Part shown: in pieces, positions 1-15,029 of the stretch
How positions within the stretch are numbered: position 1 is the first letter of the stretch
Layout: each line of letters begins with the position of its first letter
Source of the DNA: Octopus vulgaris
Taxonomy: Eukaryota
Assembly (NCBI GenBank): GCA_951406725.2
Contig: OX597839.1
Location: 26,908,001-26,972,000 of the forward strand
Direction: 5' to 3'
Length of the DNA stretch: 64,000 nucleotides
Made by a program: the position numbers and the translations under genes
Notes under the pieces: generated by a model
Seen by the model: the letters and a program-made list of their open reading frames with translations, nothing else
The model's database searches: none
Told to the model about the DNA's origin: nothing

Positions 1-248
1 TGGTGTGTGACGTGGCGTTGTGGTGGTAAGCGTGGCGTTGTAGTATGTGACATCGCGTACCGAGTAGACTGGAGCAAGTGGGAAATACAATGCCTTGCTC
101 CAGGACATAATGCGCTACCCAGTCCAGGAATTGAACGCACGCCCTTATGCTGAGCCAAAGTGGGAGGGAGAGAGGGAGGAGAGAGAGAAAGATATAGATA
201 GATAGATAGATATAGATGGATCGATAGATAGATAGATAGAGATAGATG

Positions 249-336
<88 letters not shown>

Positions 337-1257
337 GGGGGAAGAAGTGGGGGCATCGGCACTGGATGTTCCAGTCGAGTAGATTGGAACGAAAGTAAAA
401 CGAAAAGTTTCGCTCAACGAAACAAAATAACCCCCGGCAGTGGGGCCAGCCAAGGAATCGAACACACGACTTCCTGATAATAAATAAATCACAAAACTTA
501 CCCCCCACCACCCTAACCACGAGGCCTGCCGCCTTAACAGTACCAGTAACATACTGCGGGAGCGTGAGGAGGAAATGATGTACGAAGAAAGCCTTGATTA
601 AGACACCGAACCCCCGCGACCACCACGTACACACTTCCACACCGCATACGGATCTGGCCCTTGTGACTCGTCGAAAGGAAGTCATACATTTATAGCAACT
701 CTTGTTAAGACTAGTCATAAGTCGTACGAGGGGGGAATTAAATTGGGACTAAGCTTTTCCCCACCCACCCCACGACCCTCTATACAGTGTGTGTGTGTGT
801 GTGTGTGTGTGTTTGAGTTGGTTTAAGTTCTATAAATAAAGCAAACGGATGGCAGAATCTCACCCGTATCGCTTCTTGCTTAAGAATGGCTGACAGGATT
901 GCGTAAACACAGGAAACTAAACCAACCATGTACTACATACGTACATACATACATACATACATACATACATACATACATACATACATACTATATGCACATA
1001 CACATACATACAAAGAGACATACATACACACATTAACACATACACACACATACATATACATACATGCACTAATACATATACATACACACATATACACACA
1101 TACATACCTACAAACATACAAACATATATACATACACACATACATACACGCACATACAAACTTACATATATACACATACATACACACATAAGCACACGCA
1201 TACATACATACATGCATACATACATACATACACATACATACACACATATATATATAT

Positions 1258-1538
1258 GCTGAGACCCCCTTCGGTCATGACTGAACGTGAGATTGCACCT
1301 AGAAAGTTACCCTCCCAGGCACAAGTCCAGGCAAGGTTGTTTGTGGAAGACCAGCAGTCGCCCATGCATACCGGCCTCCCCAGTGATGTTGTAACTCATT
1401 TCTACAGCTGAGTAAACTGGAGCAACGTGAAATAAAGTGCCTTGCTCAAGAGCACAACACGCAACCCGGTCCAGGATTCGAACTCACAACCTCACAATCG
1501 TAAGCTCGACACTCTAACCACTGAGCCATGCGCCTTCA
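1258..1538 (-). mobile_element. tRNA-derived SINE, family C
   Basis: On the minus strand: A box (TGGCTCAGTGG) and B box (GTTCGAATCC), then core TTGAGCAAGGCACTTTATTTCACGTTGCTCCAG. Homologous copy at 62938-63282; fragments near 60-140 and 28040-28165. Confidence 0.85.
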
Positions 1539-1729
1539 CATATATATACACACACACACACACACACATTCACACAAACACACACATATATATTCATGTA
1601 TATGCTTATGTGTGTACGTGTGTCCACGCGCGTGTGTCTGCCTCCTTGTATTTCTTTCCCTCCATCTGTTTTGCAGTAACCTCTTGATCCACTTCCATTC
1701 CTTATATTATCCCCCTCTTTACATCTCTC

Positions 1730-1838
<109 letters not shown>

Positions 1839-2229
1839 CTTACGCATACAGGTACATCCACTACCGATTTTATACCCAGCGTGAACCCTTTTTTTTTATA
1901 TTAATCATAAAACAGAAACGACAGCGTTAATCCTTCTTTTCGTAATTAAAGAAACATGAATATGACATCATGAATTAATGAGAATTAACTAATTAATAGC
2001 ATGTTAATTTAAAGACCAGATCCGTGGCAATCTGCACTTTTTAATATAATCGTCTCAAAACTTCAATCATCAGATCTTACTGGATTTATCTCCCGTTTCT
2101 TATCTTCATTTTAAAGAATTTTAAACACCCCTAGAGGGAATTTTGTCGATTGTTTATATGGATAATTTAAGTTAACCGCAGCTTTTTAATCATTATATTA
2201 TTATTATTATTTCTCTCCACCCCATTCTC

Positions 2230-2790
2230 AAGGCGACTAACAAGCAGAATCGTTAGCATGCTCAACGAAATGCTGCAAAGCAGTTACGTCGCGAGTTCAA
2301 ATTCTGCCTAGGTCGACTTCACTTTTTTTTTTATCCTTTTGGGGTCAATAAACAAAGTCCCAGTTGAGCATTGGGATCATTGTAACCGACTTGGGCCCTT
2401 CCCCTCGAATTTCCTGTCCTAGAGTAAATATTTGAAACCATTACTAAAGGCGGCTAGCTGGCAGAGCCTTTGACACGCCGGCTTTACGTTCTAAGTTCAA
2501 ATTACGCCGAGGTTGACTAAGCATCGCATCTTTTAGGGGTCAATAAAATAAATACCAGTCATGCACTGGGGGATCCCTTTCCCTAAATTGTTGGCCTTGA
2601 GCCAATATCAGAAAGCATCATTATCCTTCCTTCTCTTAAAAAGACGGACAATGATTGTATGAAATGATTAGCGCTTTTTCGTCCGTCGTCGAGCCCCGGT
2701 TTCAAATTCCACCGGGCTTAATTCTGTCTTTTATGCTTCCGGAGACGATAAAATTAGTCCCAGTTTTAAGCGTCGGGGTCGACCCCTAAT
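2230..2790 (+). mobile_element. Three decayed tandem copies of SINE family B
   Basis: Repeated GTTCAAATT..GCCGAGGTCGACTT..CCTTT.GGGGTC.ATAAA motifs matching the intact copy at 18968-19191. Confidence 0.7.
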
Positions 2791-2844
2791 CTTAAGCATT
2801 TTGCTTATTATAGATAAAGATTATTGTCTTCTCTTCATTTCTTA

Positions 2845-3037
2845 CTCTTTTACTTGTTTCGGTCATTTGACTGCGGCCATGCTGGAGCACCGCCTTTTAG
2901 CCGAACAAATCGACCCCAGAACGTCTTCTTCGTAAGCCTAGTACTTATTCTATCGGTCTCTTTTGCCGAGCCGCTAAATTATGGGAACGTAGACACACAC
3001 CAACAAGCGATGGTGGCGGGGGGGGGGACAAATACAG

Positions 3038-3077
<40 letters not shown>

Positions 3078-3240
3078 GACGGGCTTCTTTCAGTTTCCGT
3101 CTGCCAAATCCATTCACAAGGCTTTGGTCAGCCCGAGGCGGTAGCAGAAGACACTTGCCAAAGGTGCCACGTAGTGGGATTGAACCCAGAACCATGTGGT
3201 ATGGAAACAAGCTACATGCCACACAGCCACGACTGCGCCT
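2845..3240 (-). mobile_element. tRNA-derived SINE, family A (central microsatellite)
   Basis: Head GGCTGTGTGG..CATGGTTC.GGGTTCA.TCCCACT.CGTGGCACCTT, central (TA)(TG) tract, tail GGCGGTGCTCCAGCATGGCCGCAGTCAAATGAC.GAAACAAGTAAAAGAG. More than 20 full or partial copies in the window. Confidence 0.9.
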
Positions 3241-4532
3241 ATAGCTACGCCTGCGCATTTTTTTAAACTTAGAAGACATAAAGAGGGAGTTTCTTTCGAC
3301 TGATTACGCGGATGATCTCGGTTACATGTGCGAGTGTCTCGTTGAGAAAGCGTGGTCAGGATGTTTGTTTGACTCGTGAGCATAAGGACGTGAGTTCAAT
3401 CCATGGACCAAGGAGCGCAATATACCCTTGAGCAAGGTTTTTCATTTCATGTTGTTTTACGTGTGCCAGCCGAGTGCGAGTACACCTCTCTCTCTCTCTC
3501 TTCTCTTTCTCTCTCTCACTCCCTCCATCTCTCTGTCACTTTCTCCTTCTCTCTTCCTCCCTCTCTCTCCCTCCCTCCCAACATCTCACTCTCTCTTTTT
3601 CCCTCTCTTTTCCTCCAGCTCTCTCTCCCTCCCTATCTCTCTCTCTTTCCCGCTCTCCCCCTCCAACCTTCACTCCCTCCCTCTCCCCTTCCTTCCATTC
3701 ATATTTCTCTCTCCCTCTTTCCCTCTCCTTCCATTCATCTCTCTCTCTCTCCTTCCCTATCTCTATCGCTCGCTCCCCTCCCTCCCTCTCTCTCTTTACT
3801 ATCTGTGTCTATCTTCTCTCTCTCCCTCTTTTCATCATCATTATCATCATCATCATGATGATCATCATCATCATGATGATCATCATCATCAATAACAAGT
3901 AGTCAATTAAAACAGCACTCCCACCACCAAATTTTCAGACCCTCTCCTCCTCCGCTACTTAATATGGTTAGTTGGAAAAAAAAACTTACATGTGATTAAA
4001 TCATTTTTATCTATGTAATTAGTAGGCAAAAGCTTCCTATGTGGGGCGGGGTTGTTTAAAAAACTAAATAAAAAATAGAATATTGAACAAAAAAACACAT
4101 GGCAGGGAAGATAACTCGAATTAAGATCAGATAAGTGAGATTTGGTGGAGTTTCTGACTAGATCTCCCATGCTTTATGGGGAGGGGGAGATGGAAAAGGT
4201 TAGCCCCCCCCTCACCACCTCCATCATTTTTTTGACTCCTTTAATACAACGGAAATTACGGTTTTGGAAAAAAACAAAAAAGAAAAGTCATTTTTTTCTT
4301 TTCTTTTATGTTTAAAAAAAAAATTTTTTTTATTCCTCCACCCCAGCCCCACGACCTACTGTTTCCGTAACTTTTTCCTTTCCCGTGACGTGTGGGGTTT
4401 CGAATGACAAACTCCGCTAGAATTATCTGAAAATGTAGACGATGCAGATATGTAGAAAGTGGTCTCTCGACCCGCTAGAAATAGAGACCAAATCGGCCGC
4501 TAATCGCATCATCCCTGATGGAAGGAATTGGA

Positions 4533-4918
4533 TGGAAGCACTCCGTCGGTTACGACGATGAGGGTTCCGGTTGATCCGATCAACGGAACAGCCTGCTCGT
4601 GAAATTAACGTGTAAGTGGCTGAGCACTCCACAGACACGTGTACCCTGAACGTAGTTCTCAGGGATATTCAGCGTGACACAGAGAGTGACAAGGCCGGCC
4701 CTTTGAAATACAGGTACAACAGAAACAGGAAGTAAGAGTGAGAGAAAGTTGTGGTGAAAGAGTACAGCAGGAATCACCACCATCCCCTGCTGGAGCCTCG
4801 TGGAGCTCTTTAGGTGTTTTCGCTCAATAAACACTCACAACGCCCGGTCTGGGAATCGAAACCGCGATCCTACGACCGCGAGTCCGCTGCCCTAACCACT
4901 GGGCCATTACGCCTCCAC
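4533..4918 (-). mobile_element. tRNA(Arg)-like SINE, family D, tail type a (resembles octopus OR-type SINEs)
   Basis: Head TGGCCCAGTGGTTAGGGCAGCGGACTCGCGGTCGTAGGATCGCGGTTTCGATTCCC; near-identical to 14457-14841. Confidence 0.9.
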
Positions 4919-5302
4919 TCAATGGAAGCAAATAAACAGTGGATAAATCGAGCCTCCGTCTTCAGGGTAGAAAACGATTTTACACTTCAGATCACGAGGC
5001 AGAGACGTTTAAAGAAGTGGAATGTTTAAATGTAGAGAACATATTTCTGAAATGAATGAAAATGGAAACATGGAGGGCTGTGAGTTTTTGTTCGCCTCCT
5101 CAGCTTCTGCTGCGCCGCTGGTTTTAAAGCTGATTGCACCGAAAAGTTGGATCGGTACCGTGCAACACTTTAGCCACTCGAAACAAATTCACGCGCACGT
5201 ACTTCTTGGACTCTTGATTGTAAGAGATGGTCATGTTCGGTCACGACTTGGGTTCTACTCCAGACATATATATATTCAATTTTTAGTTCGTTACATGTAA
5301 TT

Positions 5303-5358
5303 TGCGTCTGATGAATATGGCTAAGGCATTTCTAAACATATGAAACTATTAGTAACAC
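5303..5358 (+). ncRNA. Type I hammerhead ribozyme motif with weakened stem I
   Basis: CUGAUGA (5308-5314), stem II AUAUG/CAUAU, GAAA (5342-5345), stem III ACU-auu-AGU, cleavage triplet GUA. Stem I GCGU/ACAC has one mismatch. Confidence 0.6.
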
Positions 5359-5535
5359 TTAAAGACATGTATTGTGTCCTTTAAATAAATAATTTTTATC
5401 TCTCACCAGATAGAGCACCTATTTTTTGTTGACCTTTCTCTCACAGAACAGTAGATTATATATATAATTATTATTATTATTAAATATATAACGTGTGAGA
5501 GTGAGTGTATATATATATATTACATGTGTGTGTGA

Positions 5536-5573
<38 letters not shown>

Positions 5574-5592
5574 GTGTGTGTATATATATACA

Positions 5593-5638
<46 letters not shown>

Positions 5639-5654
5639 TGTATATATATATACA

Positions 5655-5728
<74 letters not shown>

Positions 5729-6084
5729 GTATATACATACATACATACATACATACACCTATAAATATTTATAATAAGTTTCATTCGTCTCTTTTCAACT
5801 TAAAATTTCGTAGGCTCGTCAAACGAACCTAACTCTATCACGGTATTGAGTACTTTTCTCTCTTGCTTATAACGTGTGTGTTTTATGTCAAGTTATAAAA
5901 CAAAAACCATTTAACATTAGACTGGAAAATACTCAATACTTTTCAACAGAGTACACGTTTCATAAACGTTTAGAAAAAAGAAAAAAGTTGACAGTGACCT
6001 CGAAGTTTAGGTCTGTTATCCTTCACGCAGAAATGGTTGGAGGCATTTGTTTGTGGAGCGATACTTTACATATCATCACCATCA

Positions 6085-6376
6085 TCACCATCACGTGACT
6101 GACCAGTCCATCAGATGTAGTTACACATCGCTGGTCACAATGCGTTCGCATTGTTTTAGCCTTCGAGTGACGCCACCCCGCTGGCTAAGCGAGCAGGCCA
6201 ACAGAAGAAAGAGTGGTGAAAGAGTACAGCAGGGATCACCACCCCCTGCCGGAGCATCGTGGAGCTTTTAGGTGTTTTCGCTCAATAAACACTCACAACG
6301 CCCGGTCTGGGAATCGAAACCGCGATCCTACGACCGCGAGTCCGCTGCCCTAACCACTGGGCCATTGCGCCTCCAC
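6085..6376 (-). mobile_element. SINE family D, tail type b
   Basis: Same head and core as 4533-4918 but a different 3' part (..TTGTGACCAGCGATGTGTAAC.ACATCTGAT..GGTCACG). Other copies at 10864-11164 and 38909-39205. Confidence 0.9.
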
Positions 6377-6632
6377 ATGTACATATAATGATATAAATCA
6401 TGGCACAACGCCAGCAATTGTGATTTGGGGTAAGTCAACTATATCGACTCCAGTGTGCAACTGGTACTTATTTCATCGACCCTGAAATGATGACATTCGA
6501 AATCGACATCGGCAGAATTTGAACCCGGAACGAAAGGACCCGGAAGACATGCTGCTAAGCATTCTGTCCGGCGTGGTAATGATTCTGCCGTCTCGCCACT
6601 TTATGTATGATATGATGATGATGATGATGATG

Positions 6633-6680
<48 letters not shown>

Positions 6681-6694
6681 TAATTAAATAAATA

Positions 6695-6928
6695 CCTATT
6701 TCTTTATTACCCACAAGGGGCTAAACACAGAGGGGACAAACAAGGACAGACAAACGGATTAAGTCGATTATATCGACCCCAGTACGTAACTGGTACTTAA
6801 TTTATCGACCCCGAAAGGATGAAAGGCAAAGTCGACCTCGGCGGAATTTGAACTCAGAACGTAACGACAGATGAAATACCGCTAAGCATTTCGCCTGGTG
6901 TCCTAACGTTTCTGCCAGTTCGCCGCGT
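6695..6928 (-). mobile_element. SINE family B with target-site duplication
   Basis: Core GACTTTGCCTTTCATCCTTTCGGGGTCGATAAATTAAGTACCAG; TSD TAATTAAATAAATA at 6681-6694 and 6933-6946. An older copy lies at 6410-6600. Confidence 0.9.
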
Positions 6929-7011
6929 TTTTTAATTAAATAAATAACACACATTCAAACACACGCACAGATATATACATATCTTATATATATATATATG
7001 CATGCACAGGA

Positions 7012-7140
<129 letters not shown>

Positions 7141-7267
7141 ATCTATCGGTCTGTCGCTCTGTTTATGTATCAACATAGCCATATATGAACGCACGCATGC
7201 ATAAGCATGCACGCATAAAGTGCATATCAGTATATATATATATATATATATACACATATTTTTTTTT

Positions 7268-7580
7268 ATGCGCCCCTTTTCAAGCCTAGCCAGGCTCATA
7301 GGCCCGGATTCCCGGGTTCTGTGGCGTATGTGTTCACCCCAATTGGACGAGACCCCAGTCCATCGCAGCGTTACTCAAGAAACAGGAAGAAAGATTCAAA
7401 GAAATTTGTGGGCGAAAGAGTACAACAGGGGTCGCCACACCCCCACCCCTGCTGGAGCCTCGTGGAGCTTTTAGGTGTTTTCGCTCAATAAACACTCACA
7501 CAACGCCCAGTCTGGGAATCGAAACCGCGATCCTCCGACCGCAAGTTCGCTGCCTTAACCACCGGGCCATTGCGCCTCCA
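7268..7580 (-). mobile_element. SINE family D, tail type c
   Basis: Same tRNA head and core; third tail CGCTGCGATGGACTGGGGTCTCGTCCAATTGGGG..GGCTTGAAAAGGGGCGCAT. Confidence 0.85.
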
Positions 7581-7616
7581 TATACACATATAAACCCCAA
7601 TACATACATACATACA

Positions 7617-7724
<108 letters not shown>

Positions 7725-7821
7725 GTGTATATATATTTATATGTATATATATATATGTATATATATATAAATATATATATATATACATATTTATATGTGT
7801 ATATATATTTATATGTATATA

Positions 7822-7895
<74 letters not shown>

Positions 7896-8289
7896 CACAC
7901 ACACACAAAATATGCATCTATGTACGTATATATTTCTAATACAAATAGACAAGAGCTGTACCTACCTCTCCGGCTACCCGTATATCGCCGTGTATCGCCG
8001 TACATCACCTCCTGCCTTCCAAATAGGTGTCCAGTCGATGTAGGAAAGAAAAACAAAAACAAAAATAAAGGAAACTTTCGTGTTAACCCGCCGCCTCCGT
8101 CGTCGTCGTCGCTGTTGTTGTTATTGTTGTTGTTGTTGTTGTTGTTGTAATGTTGCTAACGTCGAAGCAGCGTCGAAGAGTATGTAAATAAGTACCGTAT
8201 CGCACCGGTTGTCGATGCTGTAGTAACCGAGTGGTACTCTTTGCCTGTGTTGTTGTGGTTACAGTTGTAGCGACACAGTTACTATTGTT

Positions 8290-8567
8290 TTGGCAGCAGC
8301 AGCAGCAGCAGTAGCCGCAGCAGCAGCAGCTGTAGTGGTAATAGTGGTGGTGGTGGTGGTGGTGGTGTGGTGTGGTGGTGGTGTGGTGTGGTGTGGTGGT
8401 GGTGGTGGTGGTGGTGGTGGTGGTGGTGGTGGTGGTGGTGGTGGTGGTGGTGGTGGTGGTGGTGGTGGTGGTGGTGGTGGTGGTGGTGGTGGTGTGTGGT
8501 GGTGGTGGTGGTGGTGGTGGTGGTGGTGGTGGTGGTGGTGGTGGTGGTGGTGGTGGTGGTGGTGGCG
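8290..8567. repeat. (GCA)n/(GGT)n microsatellite
   Basis: Directly visible; a similar (ACC)n tract lies at 40190-40352. Confidence 0.95.
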
Positions 8568-8854
8568 GTACTTGGTCCTCTTAAAATGGTTTCCGAGTTT
8601 GTTGTGTTATTTTTTGTGTTGGGAGAAATATAAAGAGAGAGAGACAAGAGAACTGGGGCCGCTTCCGTTCCTGCCAAGACTTTGGTGAGGAGGGGTTTTC
8701 ATTAAGGGCCTCTGTGTGTGTGTGTGTGTGTGTGTGTGTTTATGTTTTGCATATATTTATCGCGTGTGATTAGCATACGTGTTGTTAACACGCGCTCGTG
8801 CGTGTGTGTGTGTTGTGTTTACGATGCTTTGCGTGGTGTGTAATTAATACGCGT

Positions 8855-8869
8855 GTATGTGTATGTGTA

Positions 8870-8967
<98 letters not shown>

Positions 8968-8971
8968 TGTA

Positions 8972-9019
<48 letters not shown>

Positions 9020-9123
9020 TGTGTGTCTGTGTGTGTGTGTTTGTGTATGTTTGTGTGTGTGTGTGTGTTTGTGTGTGTGTATGTGTGTGTGTTTGTGTAT
9101 GTTTGTGTGTGTGTCTGTGTGTT

Positions 9124-9155
<32 letters not shown>

Positions 9156-9219
9156 AGTGTGTTTATGTGTGTGTGTGTGTGTGTGTGTGTGTTTGTGTAT
9201 GTTTGTGTGTGTGTCTGTG

Positions 9220-9284
<65 letters not shown>

Positions 9285-9375
9285 TGTGTGTCTGTGTGTG
9301 TGTGTTTGTGTATGTTTGTGTGTGTGTGTGTGTGTTTGTGTGTGTGTATGTGTGTGTGTTTGTGTATGTTTGTGT

Positions 9376-9422
<47 letters not shown>

Positions 9423-9914
9423 TGTATGTTTGTGTGTGTGTATATGTGTGTATAAGAGATAGAAAGAGAAAGAGAGAGAGACAGAGACGGAGAGGGCGGG
9501 AGAAAAAGAGAGGAGGAAAAGAGAGAGAGAGCAGGATAGAAAGAAGGGGAGCGAGAGAGTGACAGCGTAAGGGAGAGAGAGAGAGAGGGTGGAAGAAAGT
9601 GTGAGAGAGAAATTATGTAGTTGCGATTTTGTTTATTGTCAGGCAAAATGAAATAAGGAGGAGGAGGAAGGGGAGGAGTAAGTGGAAGGATTTGAAAGAG
9701 GGGCGCGGGTTGAGAGAGAGAGAGAGAAACTTATAAGAGGAAAAATACACACGCACACAGATAGACACGCATACACACACACATTTACACACATACACAC
9801 TCACACACAAGCGCACATGTACTCACGCACACACATACACGTAAACACTCTCGCATGCACGTACACACACACCTATACACGCACATGTACACACATAAAC
9901 ACACACACACATGC

Positions 9915-9945
<31 letters not shown>

Positions 9946-10400
9946 TGTACTCACGCACACACATACACGTACACACACTCGCATGCACGTACACATACAC
10001 GTATACACGCACACGTGCATACATGCACGCACACACACATACACACACACAGACACACACACACACACACAGACACACAAACACAGACACTCACAGACAC
10101 ACAAACACACACACATGTACTCACGCACACACATGCACGTACACACACTCGCATGCACGTACACATACACGTATACACGCACACGTGCATACATGCACGC
10201 ACACACACATACACACACACAGACACACACACACACACAGACACACAAACACAGACACTCACAGACACACAAACACACACATGTACTCACGCACACACAT
10301 ACACGTACACACTCTCGCATGCACGTACACACACACCTATACACGCACACGTACATACATACATACACGCACACACACATACGCACATACATACACACAT
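8855..10400. repeat. Compound (TG)n block, GA-rich spacer and (CA)-derived minisatellite
   Basis: Higher-order unit beginning CATGTACTCACGCACAC at about 9816, 9944, 10113 and 10280; one more unit at about 12467. Confidence 0.9.
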
Positions 10401-10407
10401 ATAAATA

Positions 10408-10630
10408 TATTATATTGTGTCTGGGCACAGTCATTCTGTTTCAATACCTTATTAATTAACACACCGGTTCGATTCCCACTCAAAGTAAATAAATAAATGA
10501 GTGAAAATTGAACCTGTGCGTGTGTTAATTAATAAGGCACCAAAAGAGAATGACTCTCCCCAGACACAACAAAATATGCTTCAACACACGAACTCATATA
10601 AAGAATTGCAAACCAGATCCAAAAACGAAA
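10408..10630 (+). mobile_element. PLE-like non-coding module with imperfect fold-back, in a TA tract
   Basis: Imperfect inverted arms at about 10408-10482 and 10497-10577. Shares GACTCTCCC.AGACACAAC..TGCAAACCA.ATCCAAAAACGAAA with 16865-17165, 47267-47340 and 48116-48142. Confidence 0.6.
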
Positions 10631-10643
10631 TATATATATATGC

Positions 10644-10733
<90 letters not shown>

Positions 10734-10863
10734 ATATAAATACATACGCATATATATATATATATATATATATACATACATATATATATTTATATATACA
10801 TATGTATATATATATATTTATATATACATATGTATATATATATATATATATAAATATATATAT

Positions 10864-11164
10864 ATCACCGTGATCACCGTGACCGACCAGGCTATCAGAT
10901 GTTGCAACACATCGCTGGTCACAATGCGCTTCGCATTGTTTTTTTTAGCCTTTAAATGACGCCACCCCTCTGGCTAAGCGAGCAGGCCAACAGAAGAAAG
11001 AGTGAGAGAAAGTTGTAGCGAAAGAGTACAGCAGGGATCGCCCCCCCGCTGCCGGAGCCTCGTGGAGCTTTAGGTGTTTTCGCTCAATAAACACTCAAAA
11101 CGCCCGGTCTGAGAATCGAAACCGCGAGTCCGCTGCCTTAACCACTGGGCTATTGCGCCTCCAC
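10864..11164 (-). mobile_element. SINE family D, tail type b
   Basis: Homologous to 6085-6376; ends in CACGGTGAT repeats. Confidence 0.9.
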
Positions 11165-11245
11165 ACACACGTATATATATATATGTATATATATATACAT
11201 ATATATATATGTTTATATATATATATACATATATATATATATGTC

Positions 11246-11298
<53 letters not shown>

Positions 11299-11537
11299 AT
11301 GGAGGCGCGTGGCTTAGTAGTTAAGGTGTCAGTACCATGATCGTAAGATTGTGGTTTCGATTCCTGGACCGGGCATGTATGTATGTATGTATGTATGTAT
11401 GTATGTATGTATGTACGTATGTATGTATGTGTGTGTATATGTTTGTCCCCTAACATCGCTTGACATGCCCGTAACTTAGCGGCATTGCTCCAGCATGGCC
11501 GCAGTCAAATGACTGAAACAGATAAAAGAAGAAGAGA

Positions 11538-11573
<36 letters not shown>

Positions 11574-11589
11574 CTATAAGTATATATAT

Positions 11590-12835
<1,246 letters not shown>

Positions 12836-13091
12836 CAATGTTCCGGGTTAATAGAAACCTACGGCAGCTTAGTGCAATATTAGTACAATCATCTTCTGCG
12901 GCGAGTTGGTAGAAACGTTAGCAGACCGGGCGAAACGCTTAGCTGTATTTCGTCTGCCGCTACGTTCTCAGTTCAAATTCCACTGAGGTCGACTTTGCCT
13001 TTCATCCTTGGAACACTTCGATATAATCGAATTATTCCATCTCCCAGAATTTGCGGGTCTTGCATCAAAATTTGAATTGCGCTCCCCTCTA

Positions 13092-13291
13092 GGCGCAGGC
13101 GCCTGTGTGTGAGTGTGGTTGTGTGGTAAGAAACTTGTTTCCCAACCACATGGTTCCGGGTTCAGTCCCACTGTGTTGCACTTTGGGCAAGTGTCTTCTA
13201 TTATAACCTTGGGCTGACCAAAGTCTTCTGAGTGAATATGATAAGCAGAAACTGAAAGAAGCATGTAGTATATATATATATATATATATAT

Positions 13292-13346
<55 letters not shown>

Positions 13347-13555
13347 GATGTGTGTGTGTATGCGTGTCCACCGTTTGACAACCGGCGTTGGTGTGTTTAC
13401 ATCTCCATAACTTAGAGACAAAAGAAACGATTGAATGTGTACCACATTTGAAAAAGCAAAAGGTATGGGGGTTGATTCATTCGATTAAAAACCTTCAAGG
13501 CGGTGCCCCAGCCTGGCCGCAGTCTTATGACTGAAACAAGTAAGGAATAAAAAGA
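13092..13555 (+). mobile_element. SINE family A, preceded by a decayed family B copy (12898-13080)
   Basis: Family A head, central TA tract and tail all present. Confidence 0.85.
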
Positions 13556-13809
13556 AGAAGGATGAATGCACACACGTGCCTTCTGCATGCAGAGCGTATA
13601 GTTAAGTGCAGTTTATCATTGATATTGCCGTGAGCTGAAATAAATCTTTTAATTAATTGAAATTATCTACTAATGAGATAAAAAAAAAATACAACCCAGC
13701 TCATTAGTGCTAATGAAAAAATTTGTAAGAAGAGACGAATTGTATGTATGTATGTATGTTATTTATTTCCTTTTTCTAGATGACGTTCCAGTGGAGAGAT
13801 ATCCAGTGG

Positions 13810-14335
13810 AGAGATATCCAGTTTCCAAGTCTCTTTCGTTGGAATTTTAAACGTGTTTCGCAAAATATTTTTGCTGTTTTGAGTGCAAGTATTCGGAGTC
13901 GGTGCATTTGCAGACATTCATGTTTTCTGTTATGCATATATTCTCAATATTCACATTCATGGAGTTGCATGTCTAGACATACTTAATATGATAAACTTCC
14001 GGAAAGTTTTACAGATTTTTACAGTTCCCCTTGATGACCGGAATCTGTAAACTGCGAATTAGCTTTCTTCTTCCTGGTTTTGAGAAACCCAATTTCTCAA
14101 GAATGGTCCTTAGGCAATGTGTTGCATATCCCAGGGCCCCAACAATGACGGGTGTAATTCTGAACTTGTAATCCGGGTAGAGAAGCTGTAAATTTCTAGA
14201 TAGTTCAGGGTACGTGTTTTCCTTTCCGCTGATGTCGATACCAGCATACTGTAAAATGAGATTGGTCGAAAGGATAACTCTGATGCCAAAGTCACAAGAG
14301 CCAATGGTGTGACAGCCACTCAAAATATGAAAGAG
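13810..14335 (-). mobile_element. RLE-type (R4/Dong/NeSL-like) non-LTR retrotransposon 3' fragment
   Basis: KENTYPELSRNLQLLYPDYKFRITPVIVGALG..LEKLGF..LQ matches the C-terminal part of restriction-like endonuclease elements. A second copy of the 3' end lies at 36345-36527. Confidence 0.75.
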
Positions 14336-14456
14336 TTCTGGTAGAATGTCCTAGTGAAAACCATAATAAAATGTAAACATAATTGACCAGACATTGTAAT
14401 TTTGTTCCTATCTAGTTTCTTCGGGTTTTCCTTCACATAGTCTTTATAGGTAACGA

Positions 14457-14841
14457 GTGGAGTCGCAATGGCCCAGTGGTTAGGGCAGCGGACTCGCGGT
14501 CATAGGATCGCGGTTTCGATTCCCAGACCGGGCGTTGTGAGTGTTTATTGAGCGAAAACACCTAAAGCTCCACGAGGCTCCGGTAGGGGATGGTGGTGAT
14601 CCCTGCTGTACCCTTTCACCACAACTTTCTCTCACTCTTACTTTCTGTTTCTGTTGTACCTGTAATTCAAAGGGGCCGGCCTTGTCACTCTCTGTGTCAC
14701 GCTGAATATCCCCGAGAACTGCGTTAAGGGTACACGTGTCTGTGGAGTGCTCAGCCACTTACACGTTAATTTCACGAGCAGGCTGTTCCGTTGATTCGGA
14801 TCAACCGGAACCCTCATCGTCGTAACCGACGGAGTGCTTCC
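14457..14841 (+). mobile_element. Full-length SINE family D, tail a, with 11-bp TSD
   Basis: TSD ATAGGTAACGA at 14446-14456 and 14842-14852. Confidence 0.95.
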
Positions 14842-15029
14842 ATAGGTAACGATCTTGGACACCAACCACCTCTTACGATTTGTGTCATATGTCACAAAAC
14901 TTGTAAGACAATATCTGGACTTAAAAAGACATATGCTAGTTCACAAAAACATTCCTTCAGAATGAGATTCCAAAAGGGCAAAGATACAGAAGAAACTCGA
15001 ATAATATCTGCCACTTTATTTACATTTGA

